Shown: positions 23,441 to 36,134 of the stretch, one piece after another
How positions within the stretch are numbered: the stretch's first letter is position 1
How the letters are laid out: the number at the start of each line of letters is the position of its first letter
Source of the DNA: Squalus acanthias
Lineage: Eukaryota
Direction: 5' to 3'
Assembly: GCA_030390025.1 (NCBI GenBank)
Contig: CM059431.1
Coordinates: forward strand, 86,180,001 to 86,244,000
DNA: 64,000 bases
The notes under the pieces: generated by a model
What the model saw: the letters and a program-made list of their open reading frames with translations, nothing else
Databases searched by the model: none
Told to the model about the DNA's origin: nothing
Translations under genes and position numbers: made by a program

Positions 23441-25019
23441 ATTTTCTCCTACCCTCTATACTTACTGTTTTTTTTCCGCCCTATAAACGGGCCACCTTGC
23501 CATCGCTTGCTGTTGCACCCTAATGATCCAGCAAAGATGAAGAACTCGCCACCTGTGAAGGGAAGGGGGTTGAGAGGTCTCGAATGTGATTAGCTTCTGG
23601 TGGGGTTTGAACAAGTCCGTGATGCAGTCTTAATAGCTCCACATGTCGTTGATTCAGTGACTGTCTTCTCATATTAAGGATGATGCATACTATGGTTTTT
23701 TAACAAGATGAAAGCAAAGTCTCATTTGTCAGAGTTTATTTCTTGTACTCCACTTTAATTTGAATTCAATGCCGTGTATCATTTATGTCCCTTGTAGGCT
23801 CGACAAATTAACTAGATGTCAGACTAACATCTTTGTTGTGCTGCTGAATAGTCCTCATTATTTTTTAATGTACATTCAGTTTCCTTTGATATATAGTTAT
23901 AATATTTCATTCAATGCCACAGTTCCCAGTAGTGAGAGTGCAAAGGTTTGGCCTTTATGGTCTCCTTTAAAGGGCATTAGCTGTCAGACTTTTTAAAAAA
24001 TGTTTTCCATGTGTCTAGATTAATAGATCAATTTGTACTAAACCGCTTCTTTCTCAGTATTATTGGAAGGTGCGTGCTTTCATTATTTGAAGAAGTATGT
24101 TAAATGGATCCCGTAAATCCAAGCTTTTAGTTCTTCATTCCCAGTAACCTTCAGTTTCAGTTCAGTTCAGTTTCTATACAGCATCTTTACATGACATCAT
24201 GGGAGTGGCAATTCGAGCAGAAGCACTCTGCAGTTCCTTGCAATTAATTAGTTAATTAAACAGCATTGGCTCATGTTGAAGCATTGGTTCCTTGTACTGC
24301 AGCTGCCTGTGTGACGTGACTGAACTCTATGGGAGTCCTCTCATTCAAAGAAACTAGAACAATTAGATCACATTTTTTCTAATCTCACTAATCTGCTGTA
24401 CTCCAGTTTTATAATCAGACAAATCCTTAATCAATTATGTCATCCCCCTCCCACTCATAAAAGGCTACATTAGAATAGGGATTTTCTTTTTAATGAAAAG
24501 CCGTTTTATATCTTTGAGCCTTGTCACACTACGTGTAAACGCAATGCTATTCTTCACCATCCTGCTAGTCATTTGTTTCCAATGTAATGCCTGGAGTGCT
24601 AGATGCTATTGCTGGTCACCCTGAATTATCCTCTATCGATCAAAAACACTGCTTCATCTGGCCACATGTGTTGACAGCTCACAGCAAGGTTATGGCTTCC
24701 AACCGATTCATACTTTTCAGAGTCTTAAGAAAATGATTGAAAAGACAGATTTAAAATAAGTCAACGTCCATAAAGTTTGTTGGCAGCAAATAATAATTTC
24801 ACTTAATAGAAAACTGGGGCATAAGAACTGACCAGGCTCTGGGATTTTCAGCTGCATTCTATGATATAGAAACTAGCTAAAGATAGAGATGGGGAAAAAA
24901 AGGAACAGTAGCTTCCTATGGCTACTAAATTTTGACAAATCAGCACAGCCCCTAAAAGCTTGCCAACGGTAGCATTTTTGTTCACCTAATTGACCACTAT
25001 TGCGTCAAGAAGCATTACC

Positions 25020-25225
25020 GACCTGTGGTGACCTTTGATCTTTGTTTCTGTACACGCCGCCTGGTACTGCACGTCAAACTAAAGTCTGTTTCATTTCCTG
25101 CTTTTTTCTCAGTTCTGCCGAAGGGTTTCGACCTGAAACGTTAACTCTGTTTCTCTCTCCACGGATGTTGCCTGGCCTGCTGAGTTTTTCCAGCGTTTTC
25201 TGTTGTTGTTGTTGTAATAATAATA
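25020..25225 (+). mobile_element. Penelope-like short element with minimal hammerhead motif and (TTG)n(TAA)n tail; 5' boundary uncertain
   Basis: AGTT-CTGCCGA-AGGGT-TTCG-ACCT-GAAAC-GTT-AACT at 25111-25146. Confidence 0.72.
25111..25146 (+). ncRNA. Minimal type I hammerhead ribozyme motif (core mutated, CUGCCGA)
   Basis: Helix I AGUU/AACU, helix II capped by UUCG, GAAA, palindromic AACGUU helix III, GUU cleavage triplet. Confidence 0.6.
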
Positions 25226-25299
25226 AGTGTTGGCTGTTGACTGAACAAGCTTCACAAGGACCAACCTAGAGTAAAACAACCCAATTCATGCCATTTTCC

Positions 25300-25800
25300 C
25301 TCCCAAATATTCTTCCCCTATTCTGCTGAAGGCATTTACTGTTCCTGGGGTAGGGGTTCAGGGGTGTTGGCACCCCTGTGATAAAATGGCCACTTTTTGA
25401 TATGTGAGACTCAGCAGTGAGTTTTCAGCCAGGGAAGCATTATGGCTGAACTTGGCTCCATCCAATGAAAGTTTACACTTGTGCTTTCCAGCAAGGGTGG
25501 CTGGATCGAATTCGAGAGCAGGAACCCTGGGCAATATGTTTTTCCTTCCCTAATTGGAAGACCACTGAGGCCAACTGTAAGATCCCTAATAACAACAGAA
25601 AACGCTGGAAAAACTCAGCAGGCCAGGCAACATCCGTGGAGAGAGAAAGAGAGTTAACGTTTCAGGTCGAAACCCTTCGTCGGATCCCTATGCTGCCCTT
25701 GCTGAGATCAGTTAACATCTCAGCTTCTGGGCTACTAGTGCAGCTCAATGACTCAGAAAGTCACAAGCTAATTCCTGGCTGTAAAAGCAACATTTAATCA
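25300..25800 (-). mobile_element. AmnSINE2-like SINE interrupted by the 94-bp insert
   Basis: GTGCTTTCCAGCAAGGG...CAGGAACCCTGG...GAGGCCAACTGTA...GCTGAGATCAGTTAAC, collinear with 19270-19548. Confidence 0.6.
25589..25682 (-). mobile_element. 94-bp 5'-truncated retroposed copy of the hammerhead-bearing element
   Basis: Near-identical inverted copy of 25117-25210; 8-bp TSD GATCCCTA (25581-25588 and 25683-25690). Confidence 0.85.
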
Positions 25801-26028
25801 GATTGTCTCGATCTGTGTTTAATGGCCTGTTACTGGGGCTTGGACACAAATCATTACCCACCATTTACTCTTTCATAGCTGAAACCTATTGGAAAATTGA
25901 GGCAAATGATGATCATTTTAACTGAACCTGCATTATCATTTTTTTATCCAGACTTTCTTGCTTAATATATGAATTAAAATAAGTGATGACTGACCAGACA
26001 GACAAGTTAGGCAACAAAGAAAAAAAAT

Positions 26029-26202
26029 GGGGTAGATCTTGACTTTGTGCGGTAGTGTAAAATGGGTGATAGCGAGTCAGCAGCCCATTTTACATCTCTT
26101 CCGACTGAAGTTAATGGAAATAAAAATCAGGAGAGATGTAAAACGGGTTGCCGACTCACTATCACCTGTTTTACACTATCGCACAAAGTCAAAATCTACC
26201 CC
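26029..26202. mobile_element. Palindromic Harbinger-type MITE (family D)
   Basis: GGGGTAGATCTTGACTTTGTGCG and CGCACAAAGTCAAAATCTACCCC arms. Confidence 0.9.
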
Positions 26203-26949
26203 ATGGCTCAATAAATAGCAGTGACCATTACAATGTATATTTGACCCGTATTTGATTTGATTAATATAAGCTCACAATAGTCCCAAGTACAAACAAATTA
26301 AAACCTTTATCCAATTTGGGGGTTAAAACAATGCAACCTTTGTACGGTGACATGGGAATTGCTAGAGGAAAAAAGACCAAGGCCCACCTAGTTCACCTGC
26401 TACCATCCTGGTAGTTGCATAATTACAACGATAATTGAAGGTGTAAAAGGCATGGTAATCATTCAGTTTAGAAAGTAACAGGCAGAAAGTTCCGAAGTTC
26501 AATTCCTGCATTAGCCTGCCCTGCGGGATGAGAAGGGAAGACAGAGAGTATGAAGGGAAAAGTCAACCATTTGTAGGTCCCAGAAAAAAAGAATGCTACA
26601 TGAAGACAGGGCTGGGTTCTCTTGGGCAATTCCCAAAGTTCACACCCTTAGCCTAACTTCATGCATGAAAAATGTCTCTCTGTTGCAAGGTGAAAAGGAG
26701 GGCCACAGTCACCCAAAGGAACTGTATCTCTACATGCGTCATTACATTCAGGAGAGATTGGCAATGAGTGGAAATCAAATACTCATATTTAATGTGTAAT
26801 GTTTTTAGCTGCCAAGCAATAGTTAGAGCAATTAAACAATTGGGTACATACAAGCCCTTGCATGTATGAGTTGATTAATTAAAAATAATAGACAGGTAAT
26901 AGACTGTCTGGTTTCGGCTCTTTCTCTGATTTTAAATGGAGACATGTCT

Positions 26950-27400
26950 GTGTGTATTATAATATTAATTTGGCGTCTTTGACTGTGCAATCAGACTTAC
27001 TCTGTGGTCTGTGTATCTTGTGAATACCAAAAATCCATCCATCATTAATCAGCCGCCAGTCGAGTAATTAATGGACTGGCCAACTAACCACAGATATCTG
27101 TTAATTGTCACAGCTCCCGGAATATAAATGTGCGGGGGAGGGGTTTCAAGAAATGTTCACGTCAGGGGCGTGACCAATTACAGGCTGTCACAGGCGATTA
27201 GACACAAAAGCCTTTGTGTGTTTACAATGAAATAGCAGCACCTATTGGAACAATGCATTTACATTTTTATAGGCAATGTAAAACAAGGAGCTGTCTGGCT
27301 TCGCTGAAGTCGCACAGTGTATCCCTAATGTGTCTAGCAGCAGTTATAATTTGGCTATGGGAGAAATTGTGAAACAATAAAAGGAGCAGCAGCTAAGGAA
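26950..27400. promoter_or_regulatory. Candidate conserved developmental enhancer (CNE-like)
   Basis: Unique sequence dense in TAATTA, TGTCA, CTTTGT/ACAATG and TGTTTAC motifs, with retained CpGs. Confidence 0.45.
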
Positions 27401-28019
27401 AATGCACGACAAAAAGCCCACCCCCTAGGAGAAAATGATAAAGGACTTGGCAGCTTCTCTTTGATGGGAATATCTCTCCTATATTCATATGCTAACACTA
27501 CCATTCTCTTTCAGACCATTTTCTGTGTTTCTTTCATAATCTATGTTGTACTGTGTAGTCTAATGATTCTCTTCTTTGGCAATGCACAGTAATTTTAGTG
27601 GGTAGAGGTCCACTTTCCGATGCATTATATTTTTGGTACAGGCTTGCACTCCAGATTGACGTTTATTGGTTCGATAATCTGTGCAATATGGATAATGCAA
27701 TGTATATGTGCTTATTAGAAGATGCCTGTGGCATTGCTCTTGGTGATTTGGATGCTATCAATAAAATGTACAAGGTAAAATGTTGCAGGAAGCAGGAAGT
27801 GCAGCTATATGAAAGATGTACATAAAAATATACTAGTGGGTCTCCCATGGTTTTTCTCACAGTAAGTCAGATGGTATGGATGCGAAGAGGATTGTAAAGA
27901 ATATGGAGAAAAAATAGGGAATTGGGATTAAAAGGATAGAGCTGACACAGCTAACAAAAATGGCAGGAAGGCTTGATAGGCCAAACTGCATATTGGTGTT
28001 TCAGTTTCTACCCTTGAAC

Positions 28020-28510
28020 CATCTTTTTATCCATGTGAACATATTTCCCTTTAATTCATGAGCCAGTATCTTTGCCATATATGGTGCTGTATCAAATGAT
28101 TTTTGAAAATCCAAATTGCATTTCCTTTATTTACCTTCTCTGTTTCTTCAAAGAATTCCATCAGATTGGCCAAGTATGACCTGCATTTTAGAAATCTGTG
28201 CTGACTGACTAGATTAACTCATGCTTCTTCAAGTGTTTAGTAATTTCATCCCATATCATGATCAGGTAGTAGTTTGCTAACAAGTGAAGCAAAACTAATT
28301 GGCCTTCAATTCCTGTCTTGTCCTTGCCTCCTATTTTGAAGAAGTGTATCACATTTGCCACTCTTCAATCCTATGACACAATTTTCCTTTCTACGGAATT
28401 TTGGAAAATTGGAGTCAAAGCCTACGCTATTTCATCCCTAGTTTTCCTCAGGTTCTTCGAATGTAAACCATCTTGGTGGTTTGCCTATCTTAAGTTTGAA
28501 TACATTCTTT
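28020..28510 (-). mobile_element. Old CR1 RT fragment
   Basis: Decayed DFQKSFD, ANLMEFFEE and WKIGVKA segments collinear with intact CR1 copies. Confidence 0.7.
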
Positions 28511-28520
28511 AGGACTCATT

Positions 28521-30016
28521 GGGGGGTATTTTGGGGAAAGGGTGAAAACCGTCTCTAAGTTGGTGCTGTGCTAATAAGACACGCCTGTTTAAAAGTCTGG
28601 TTTTAGCCCGCAATTTTGGGTCAAATTGGTGATTACCATGAGTTAAACGTGCTTGGAGGCGCTGAAATGGACACCTACATGTTTAGCACTCAAGCGCTAA
28701 TTAGAAGCAATTTTCGTGGAGTGGTATATATAGCCTCCATGCACACACTTCCACTGAAGGGACTTGTGCACATAAATCTAGGCTGACACTCCAGTGCAGT
28801 GCTGAGGGAGTATGCACTGTTGGAGGTGCCGTCTTTCAGATGAGACGTTAAACCGAGGCCTCGTCTGCTCTCTCAAGTGGACGTAAAAGATCCCATGGCA
28901 CTATTTCGAAGAAGAGCAGGGGAGTTATCCCCGGTGTCCTGGCCAATATTTATTCCTCAATCAACATAACAAAAACAGATTATCTGGTCATTATCACATT
29001 GCTGTTTTTGGGAGCTTGCTGTGCACACATTGGCTGCCACGTTTCCCACATTACAACAGTGATTACACTCCAAAAGTACTTAATTGGCTGTAAAGTGCTT
29101 TGAGATGTCTAGTGGTCATGAAAGGAGCAATATAAATGCAAGTCTTTCTTTTTTTGAACTTGTGGCGCATGCTGGCTGACAGACAACAACGTGTATCATG
29201 ATGGCTCAGGGACCAAGGAAGAGGGTGCACAGGTTTTTGGACACGGCACTGGAGGTCCTGCTGGAGGAAGTACAGAGGAGGAGAGATGTCCTGTACCCGT
29301 AGGGGGGAAGGAGGCCATAGAGGCAAATAATGAGGCGGATGTGGGAGGAGATTGCCAAAGAGGTCATAGCCAGGAGCACTGTCCCCAGGACATGGCTCCA
29401 GTTATGCAAAAAATTTAATGATTTGACACAAGTGGTCAAGGTAAGATCCCATCTCACAAATACACTTCTCAATAAACTGCACCACCACCAATATCACAAC
29501 CTCAACACACTTTATCCACCATCTAAATAGACTAACATTCACACACCCACACTATAGCATCCTTCATAAGCACTACTCACACATCAGACACATCTCACAG
29601 CCCTTCAACCACATGAGGCATCACACATACACACAAACATACCTGCCAATACACTCATTCGCAATCACCCTCTTTCTCTTCCAGGTCAAGATAGCACATA
29701 AGAGGTGGCAGCAGGGCCTGACTAGGCTGCATGAGATCACTCCCTTTGAGGAGGCAGTGCTAGCGGTGATCGGGTGGGGAGTGGCAGACGCTGTGGCCAC
29801 AGGCAGAGCAGGGGAAATCTCGCCAAGATGCATGTGGCCACTCTGGCTTCATTACATATCCACAACTATTCCTGATCCCTAATCCCCAAACCTATCCTCA
29901 CTCAGAAGCTCCATATGATCTCATCACACACATCCTCCTGTAGTGGCCGCACGCACTGCACCACTAACGCTTCTAGCTTTATCATTGCAGGCTCTCAGGA
30001 GCAAGATCCACCTCGC
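28521..30016 (+). mobile_element. Truncated Harbinger element carrying a spliced Myb/SANT pseudogene
   Basis: G-run TIR-like start at 28521; exon 29201-29440 (MAQGPRKRVHRF...WEEIAKEV...RTWLQLCKKFNDL, with stops) ending at gtaag; exon from 29685 after ttccag (VKIAH...TPFEEAVLAVIG). Confidence 0.8.
28765..29155 (+). mobile_element. Deu-domain SINE inserted in the Harbinger element
   Basis: Best-preserved copy: GTGCCGTCTTTCAGATGAGACGTTAAACCGAGG...CCCGGTGTCCTGGCCAA. Confidence 0.88.
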
Positions 30017-30895
30017 CAGTCTGCAAAGGATATAGATAGGTTAAGTGAGTGGGCAAAAATTTGGCAGATGGAGTATAATGTGGGAAAATGTGAGGTTATC
30101 CGCTTTGGTAGGAAGAATAGAAAAGCAAAATATTATTTAAATGAAGAGAGACTACAGAATGCTGCAGTAAAGGGGGATCTGGGTGTCTTCGTACATGAAA
30201 TCAAAAATTTAGTATGCAGGTACAGCAGGTAATTAGGAAGGCAAATAGAATGTTGGCCTTTATTTCAAGGGGGATGCAGTATAAAAGTAGGGAAATCTTG
30301 CTACAACTGTACAGGGCATTGGTGAGACCACACCTAGAGTACTGCGTACAGCTCTGGACTCCCTTATTTAAGGAGGGATATACTTGCATTGGATGCAATT
30401 CAGAGAAGGTTCACTAGGTTGATTCCTGGGATGAAGGGGTTGTCTTATGAGGAAACGTTGAGCAGGTTGGGCCTATACTCATTGGAGTTTAGAAGAATGA
30501 GAGGTGATCTTATTGAAACATATAAGATTCTGAGGGGGCTTGACAGGGTAGATGCTGAGAGGATGTTTCCCCTAGTGGGGGAATCTAGAACTAGGGGGCA
30601 TAGTTTCAGAATAAGGGGTCGCCCATTTAAGACGGAGATGAGGAGGATTTCCTTCTCTCAGAGGGTCGTGAATCTTTGGAATTCTCTACCCAAGAGAGCT
30701 GTGGAGGCTGAGTCATTGAATATATTCAAGGCTAAGATAGATAGATTTTTGAACTACAGGGGAGTCAAGGGTTAAGGGGAACAGGCAGAAAAGTGGAGTT
30801 GAGGCCAAGATCAGATCAGCCATGGTCTTATTGAATGGCGGAGCAGACTCGAGGGGCCGAGTGGCCTACTCCTGCTCCTATTCTTATGTTCTTAT
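30017..30895 (+). mobile_element. 5'-truncated, frameshifted CR1 LINE
   Basis: WQMEYNVGKC, HLEYC and SLEFRRMRGDLIE motifs; TTCTTATG tail. Confidence 0.93.
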
Positions 30896-31042
30896 CTCAA
30901 ATCATGAGACAATCAAACAAACTCTTAAAAATCATGAAATCAGTTGCTCCTTTTTGGTTTATAAACCTCATTAGTGGCTTTATTTACTCTCTAACAGGTC
31001 ACAGCTCTTACAAATATTATATTACACATGCCTTGTGTTAGA

Positions 31043-31157
31043 ATTCTTTACCTCTCCTCACACTTCCCATTCTACCTCAACTCACACATCCAATTCTACC
31101 TCTCCTCTCACTGGTCGCATTCTACCTCTACTCACACATCCCATTCTACCTCTACTC
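31043..31157. repeat. About 24-bp minisatellite, 4-5 units
   Basis: Unit approximately ATTCTACCTCTACTCACACATCCC. Confidence 0.8.
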
Positions 31158-31174
31158 TGCTACTATCCTGCTCA

Positions 31175-31590
31175 CTTTTTACTACATTGCCAAGTTTTGT
31201 AACATCCGCAAACTTCAAAACTGTACTCCCTATACCCAAGCCCAGGTCATTTATTTATAACAAGTAAAGCAATGTTCCTGATACCGACCCCTGGGGGACC
31301 CCACTGCATACTTCTCTCCGGTCAGAAAAACCATCATTCACCACTACTCTCTGCCTACTATCCCATTGCCAATTATGTACCCAAGTTACCACCTTCCCTT
31401 TAATACCATGTGCTTCTATTTTCCGAATAAGTCTGTTATGTGGAACTTCATCAAATGCCTTTTGAAAGTCCATATATACATCTACTACACTACCTTCATC
31501 AACCCTCTCTGTTACTTCATCAAAGAACTCAATGAGGTTAGTCAGACACAATTTAACAATTTCGTGCTGGCTGTCCCTTATTAATCCATC
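31175..31590 (-). mobile_element. CR1 RT fragment
   Basis: CLTNLIEFF, YMDFQKAFD and SGVPQGS motifs. Confidence 0.88.
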
Positions 31591-32416
31591 TGAACCATAG
31601 GAGCAGATTTAACGTCTCATCCCAAAAACAAATAGACTGGATATTGTTGTTGGAAGGAAAACACTTGATGAACCAAATGACCTGTTCTGTTAAGTTTTCT
31701 TATTATTACACCAGACATTAGCAATAACTTTGTTTCCAACATTTGTTGGAAGGTGGTGAGAAACTAAAGCTGGAGTTAACGGGCACTCAGTGCAAACAGA
31801 AATCCGTACAAAACTCATGCCTCACGCCTTTAGTACCCTTAATTATCTCTTAGTTATACCACCACTTTTTCATTGATGTGCAGCCAAAACCACTTACAAA
31901 GGGGGCAAAAGTGCTTGTAGAACTGCGACCTAATTTAAGATTTAAAAGTGCTTCCCTCCCCCTCCCGCCTTAGTATTGTTCAGCTTTAACCAGACACTCA
32001 TCATTCACATTAACATTTCCAGTTCAGGACCATCTTCTTGGGTTACACATCCACAGCTCACCTTTCTCTGCATTACACCGCATGAATTTAAATAACGTTA
32101 ACCTAAAAAATAAATATATTCCAAATATAAGATAATAAAAATATAACTGTATTCACTTCCCTGCCCACCACGTACATTGAGGTCTCGGAGCGGTTCGGTG
32201 AAATGACTTCTATGGGTCTATTTAAGAATGGTCCTGGTATAAATTTTTTATGGCACAGATACAACCATTTAACAATAAGAAACATTCACAAATGGACCAT
32301 TTGGTCATTTAATTAACAAACTACGTGAAAACAGTTAACAAATAGAGGCCTGGTATAAATAATTAACAGTCTAGCTAGAAAATAGTTTTGAATTTGAAGC
32401 TTTTTTTAAAAAACAA

Positions 32417-33308
32417 GGGGGAAAAATTCAGTTGGTTGCGCCTCCCGTTAGCGCCTTAAGAGGGCGTTAATGGGGCGCAAAGCAACTAGCGCCCGGGCGT
32501 GGCGATGTTTGCACCGCTCGCAAAATTAACTAGACATTTTGCGGCGGCGCTAAACAGTACCGCCATGATCTCCTGCACCGGCAGATCGTGACGTCAGTCG
32601 AGTGTGCAATGCCCCGGTAGCGCCCCGGAGCGGATATTGAATGGTGCCCCCTGCCTTACCGCCTGCCGCTAGCAACGACAGGTTGAGGGGAGCGTTTTGC
32701 AGTCAGGAAGGGACTAGGGGAGCGCTATTTAAAGGCGACCGCTTCCTGCCTTTTTTTGTTGCCGACATTTTTGAACCACGCATTCTGAGAGAGAGAGAGA
32801 GAGACTTCTGGAGAGATTAAACGCTGTGTGAAGGAGTTTTGGGTAGTGAGCAGCACTTTGCAGGTTCATTTTGATTTGCCCTTCCTTGTATCGATTTAGA
32901 AGAGATTGTGGGGGTTGCACTCTGAGCTCTTTCCCTGGGCCTCTCCATTGTTCTTTCCAGCAGATTTGATGTACAGGTCTCTCCAGGCCGAGATTCAAGG
33001 CTGCAATGAGCAGGATGTGGATGGAAAGCAAGATCAACCCTCCCCTTTAAGAACTGGCCAGGGCCATTGTGTCTGTGTTCCATTGCTGACTGGCATCACA
33101 TGAGCTTCGCCAGCGCTCTGAGTTAGCACCTCGCTCCTCGGCCTTTGCACCTTAAGACAGATGTGTAGCACCTGATTTAGCGCTCCAATCACCTCCAGGG
33201 GCGATAAAAGTCAAGTTTGCAGTCGGAGGCGATAATTAGCGCCAGGCGCTAATCTTTGCGCCCGGCCGATAATTGCGCCCCAAACGGGGCGATACTGAAT
33301 TTTCCCCC
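32417..33308. mobile_element. Harbinger-type non-autonomous element (family C2), copy 1
   Basis: TIRs GGGGGAAAAATTCAGT and ACTGAATTTTCCCCC; highly similar over about 890 bp to 40463-41355; flanks CAA/CAC. Confidence 0.92.
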
Positions 33309-34019
33309 CACCCAAGAATAAAAAAATTGTGCATTGATTTTAGATAAGTCTCGGTGTTAATTCTCACACCGATACAGTCCTGGTGTAAAGTCAACCCGAG
33401 ACATACCATAATAACTCTGCAAATAGACCAGACATTCTTCTCTCATAACTGCAGCAGATGGGCAGCCATGAAGACCAGTCAAATACAAACCATTCTCGCC
33501 GGCCTGGGACCTCCTATGGGTAAGTAGTTTGAATTGAATTTTGTTGGCCATTTAACCACATTATCAAGGCACCTGGCTCCGTAGCAGCTACTTGTAGCCA
33601 CGGCACCTGTGGACCCAGTGCCCATTGTGTAGCCATCAGGAGGGGCTCATTTTTTGAGCTGAACCCAGTTTTAACCCCAAGAAACCATTGCAAGAGGAAC
33701 ATACCCCAAAATATAACACCTGTTACCCTGGTTACTCCAGATGCCTTTTCCTCAACTTTTTCCAATCAATAACCGTTGTGTTGTTCCAAAGTGTGGCCGC
33801 CGCTCAGTCCCCGGGAACCGACTACACGCGTCTCCATGGAAAAAGTACCAACAGAATCCCGAGACAACACTCACCAGGTTCCAGGGCTCCATAACTTAGC
33901 AAACGCTGTTCCAATTCGGATCGGATCTGTGAGGTCACAAATGACTCTCCCTGTGAGGATTCCCAGGCCATGCTCTCATCTCTATGACTTTTTCCCGCTA
34001 ACGCTTTGCTGTTGGGTAT

Positions 34020-34515
34020 TGGGCCTGTCCCCCTGCTCCAGCTCTCCAGCTCACTGCGTGGCCTGTGAATTTAAGTGTGCGGGACCTTACAGATTGCTGA
34101 ATGGCTGTGCACTCACGCACCTTACAGGGAACATTGGTGCAGAGTCCCAAGGTCGATCTGCACAGGAGTTCGGGTCACTGCTAAATTGGTCAGGACTTTT
34201 TTTTAGGTAGGACTTGGTACTGCCTGAACATAGCACCGCTCTCATTTCAATATTGAAATGAGGCTTATGTGCTCATTTCAGATCCGGTCTCCTAAATTCA
34301 TTTGCGCTAGCTGGAGCTTTCGATGCACAAGCTCTGAATTTCATTGACTGGACTTGAGCAGCCTAACCAGTGGTACTTAAAGGGACCACTGGAGGCCGCT
34401 GAGAAAAAAGACTTCCAAAGTTTTGTTTTTGGTGGAGTTGGAAGGAGCAGGATTGCTCCTCCTGGTTCCTGAAAACACCTGCGGGCCGCTACCATCCCAC
34501 CCTCACCCTTGCCCC
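34020..34515. mobile_element. Partial Harbinger-type MITE
   Basis: Shares the GGAGCAGGA(G/T)TGCTCC motif and layout with 1813-2290; ends not defined. Confidence 0.4.
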
Positions 34516-34539
34516 TCTCATGATCACACTATGGTAATC

Positions 34540-35020
34540 TGGTAATCTGTTCCACAATTCTATCACCATCTTACTAAAAAAGTGTTGCTTAAATTGTCTA
34601 TTTCTTTTTACATCTTTAACTTTAAATTGTGTTCCCCAATCCTAGATGTCTGTGCCTGACAAAAGAAGCTTCCTGAATCAAAAAATTTCCATACCAGTCA
34701 AGACAATAGAGGCCTCTAGATTAAGAGGAGGAGGAGGGGAGACTTGATAGACAGTGAGGATCGGAGGACAATAATCTTTTCTTAAATTTAGCCTTCTAAA
34801 TTCAGCAATAAGCCTCATAGTCCTTCTCAGGACTCCCTTCAGGAATTTTTCCAGTAATAAGGAGATCAAATTCCAGATGTGGTCTTACCAAGGCCAGATG
34901 CAACTTAAATATCACCTCTGCAGACATATAAGTCATATCCTTAGCTATACATCCAAACCCTTAATTTGTATTCTTTACCACCTGTGAACGTTGAACTGAT
35001 GGTTTAAATAACTTTCCCAC
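34540..35020 (-). mobile_element. Old degenerate CR1-like 3' ORF fragment
   Basis: Decayed TTCCAGATGTGGTCTTACCAAGGCC (ALVRPHLE on the minus strand). Confidence 0.6.
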
Positions 35021-35124
35021 CAAACTTTAAAAAAAGGTATAAGGTAGAAAGTCATAACATCTGTAAAGGAACATTTGTGAGAGCCACACAGAGATTATGA
35101 GACATGCCAGAGAAGAAACACAGA

Positions 35125-35861
35125 GGGCTTAATTTTCCGAGGTGGTAGTGGGCGAGATCGGTGGTGAGTCGGGTGGGAAAGTTGTTTTTCTGTAGGTAAC
35201 AAGTTTTGAATTGGATGTCCAGTCGCACCTCATTGGGAAAACCTCTCTCACCAGTGACAGATCACTTCTGTCACCTCACCTGCAGCTGCCATCTGTTTTA
35301 GCCTAAGGAGGGAGTCACTGGAGAGCCTGGGTGCAAGAGCTCACCTTTGTATAGTGATTGTCAGTGTTTGCAGCACCTCAATGCTGTCAAACATTGAGAA
35401 ATGAGCTGTCAAAAAAAATTGTGTGTGGTCCCTTTAAGAAAACCGGCAGATGACACGTCATCAAATGATGTCATCTGACCGTCTTCCTCTTAATTGGCTG
35501 GCAAGCCCGCAGGGTGGGCTTAACAAGGTCAATCAATGTAAAATCACGTCCGTGGGCCGGATGCAGTTGGGGGCGGGACTGGAACCCGGAAACCACCTGA
35601 CCCGCTCCCAAGCTGCATCCAATGACAAAATCATGGCCAATGTGTCCAGGGTACCCTTTAAGGATCCCGGCTGACAACGTGTCATGAATGACGTCACTAG
35701 ACCCGCTCCATCTAATTGGGCCAGATATTGTGCTGGGCGGGCTTAATAGGCCTCATTAAGGTAAGTTCATTTTCAGCAGCAGGAAGGAGCCAGTAGTGGG
35801 GTCAGGACCCGCCACAGACACCGTCCACACCGTACCCGCTCAGGTAGGCAAAATTCCGGCC
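35125..35861. mobile_element. Harbinger-type MITE related to the ends of 49585-53298
   Basis: TIRs GGGCTTAATTTTCC and GCAAAATTCCGGCC; AGA TSD. Confidence 0.85.
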
Positions 35862-36134
35862 AGAGACTTATTGAGAGAGAAAGGGGAAAACAAGGTGTGC
35901 ACAAATAGGGAGATACAGAGGTCGCAAAGAGAAAACTGAGTGAGATTTATATGGAAAGGAGGAGAAAAAGACTGAAAGACAAATGGAAAGATAGAGAGAG
36001 ATACACATGGAAAGAATTAGTAAGTGTGACAGAAAAAGAAATGCAGTTACAGCAAAAGTACTGCAATTATTTTTTGTCCATTGGCAATACCGCAGCAGAT
36101 CAATTAATATTGTTCATCAATGCAAATATATCAG

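Noticed and set aside
23470-23560. GC box plus TATA (CCGCCCTATAAA) as a promoter
   Set aside because: Isolated motif with no CpG island or downstream gene structure.
31043-31157. Regularly spaced repeats as a CRISPR array
   Set aside because: Tandem units without unique spacers, in eukaryotic context; a minisatellite.
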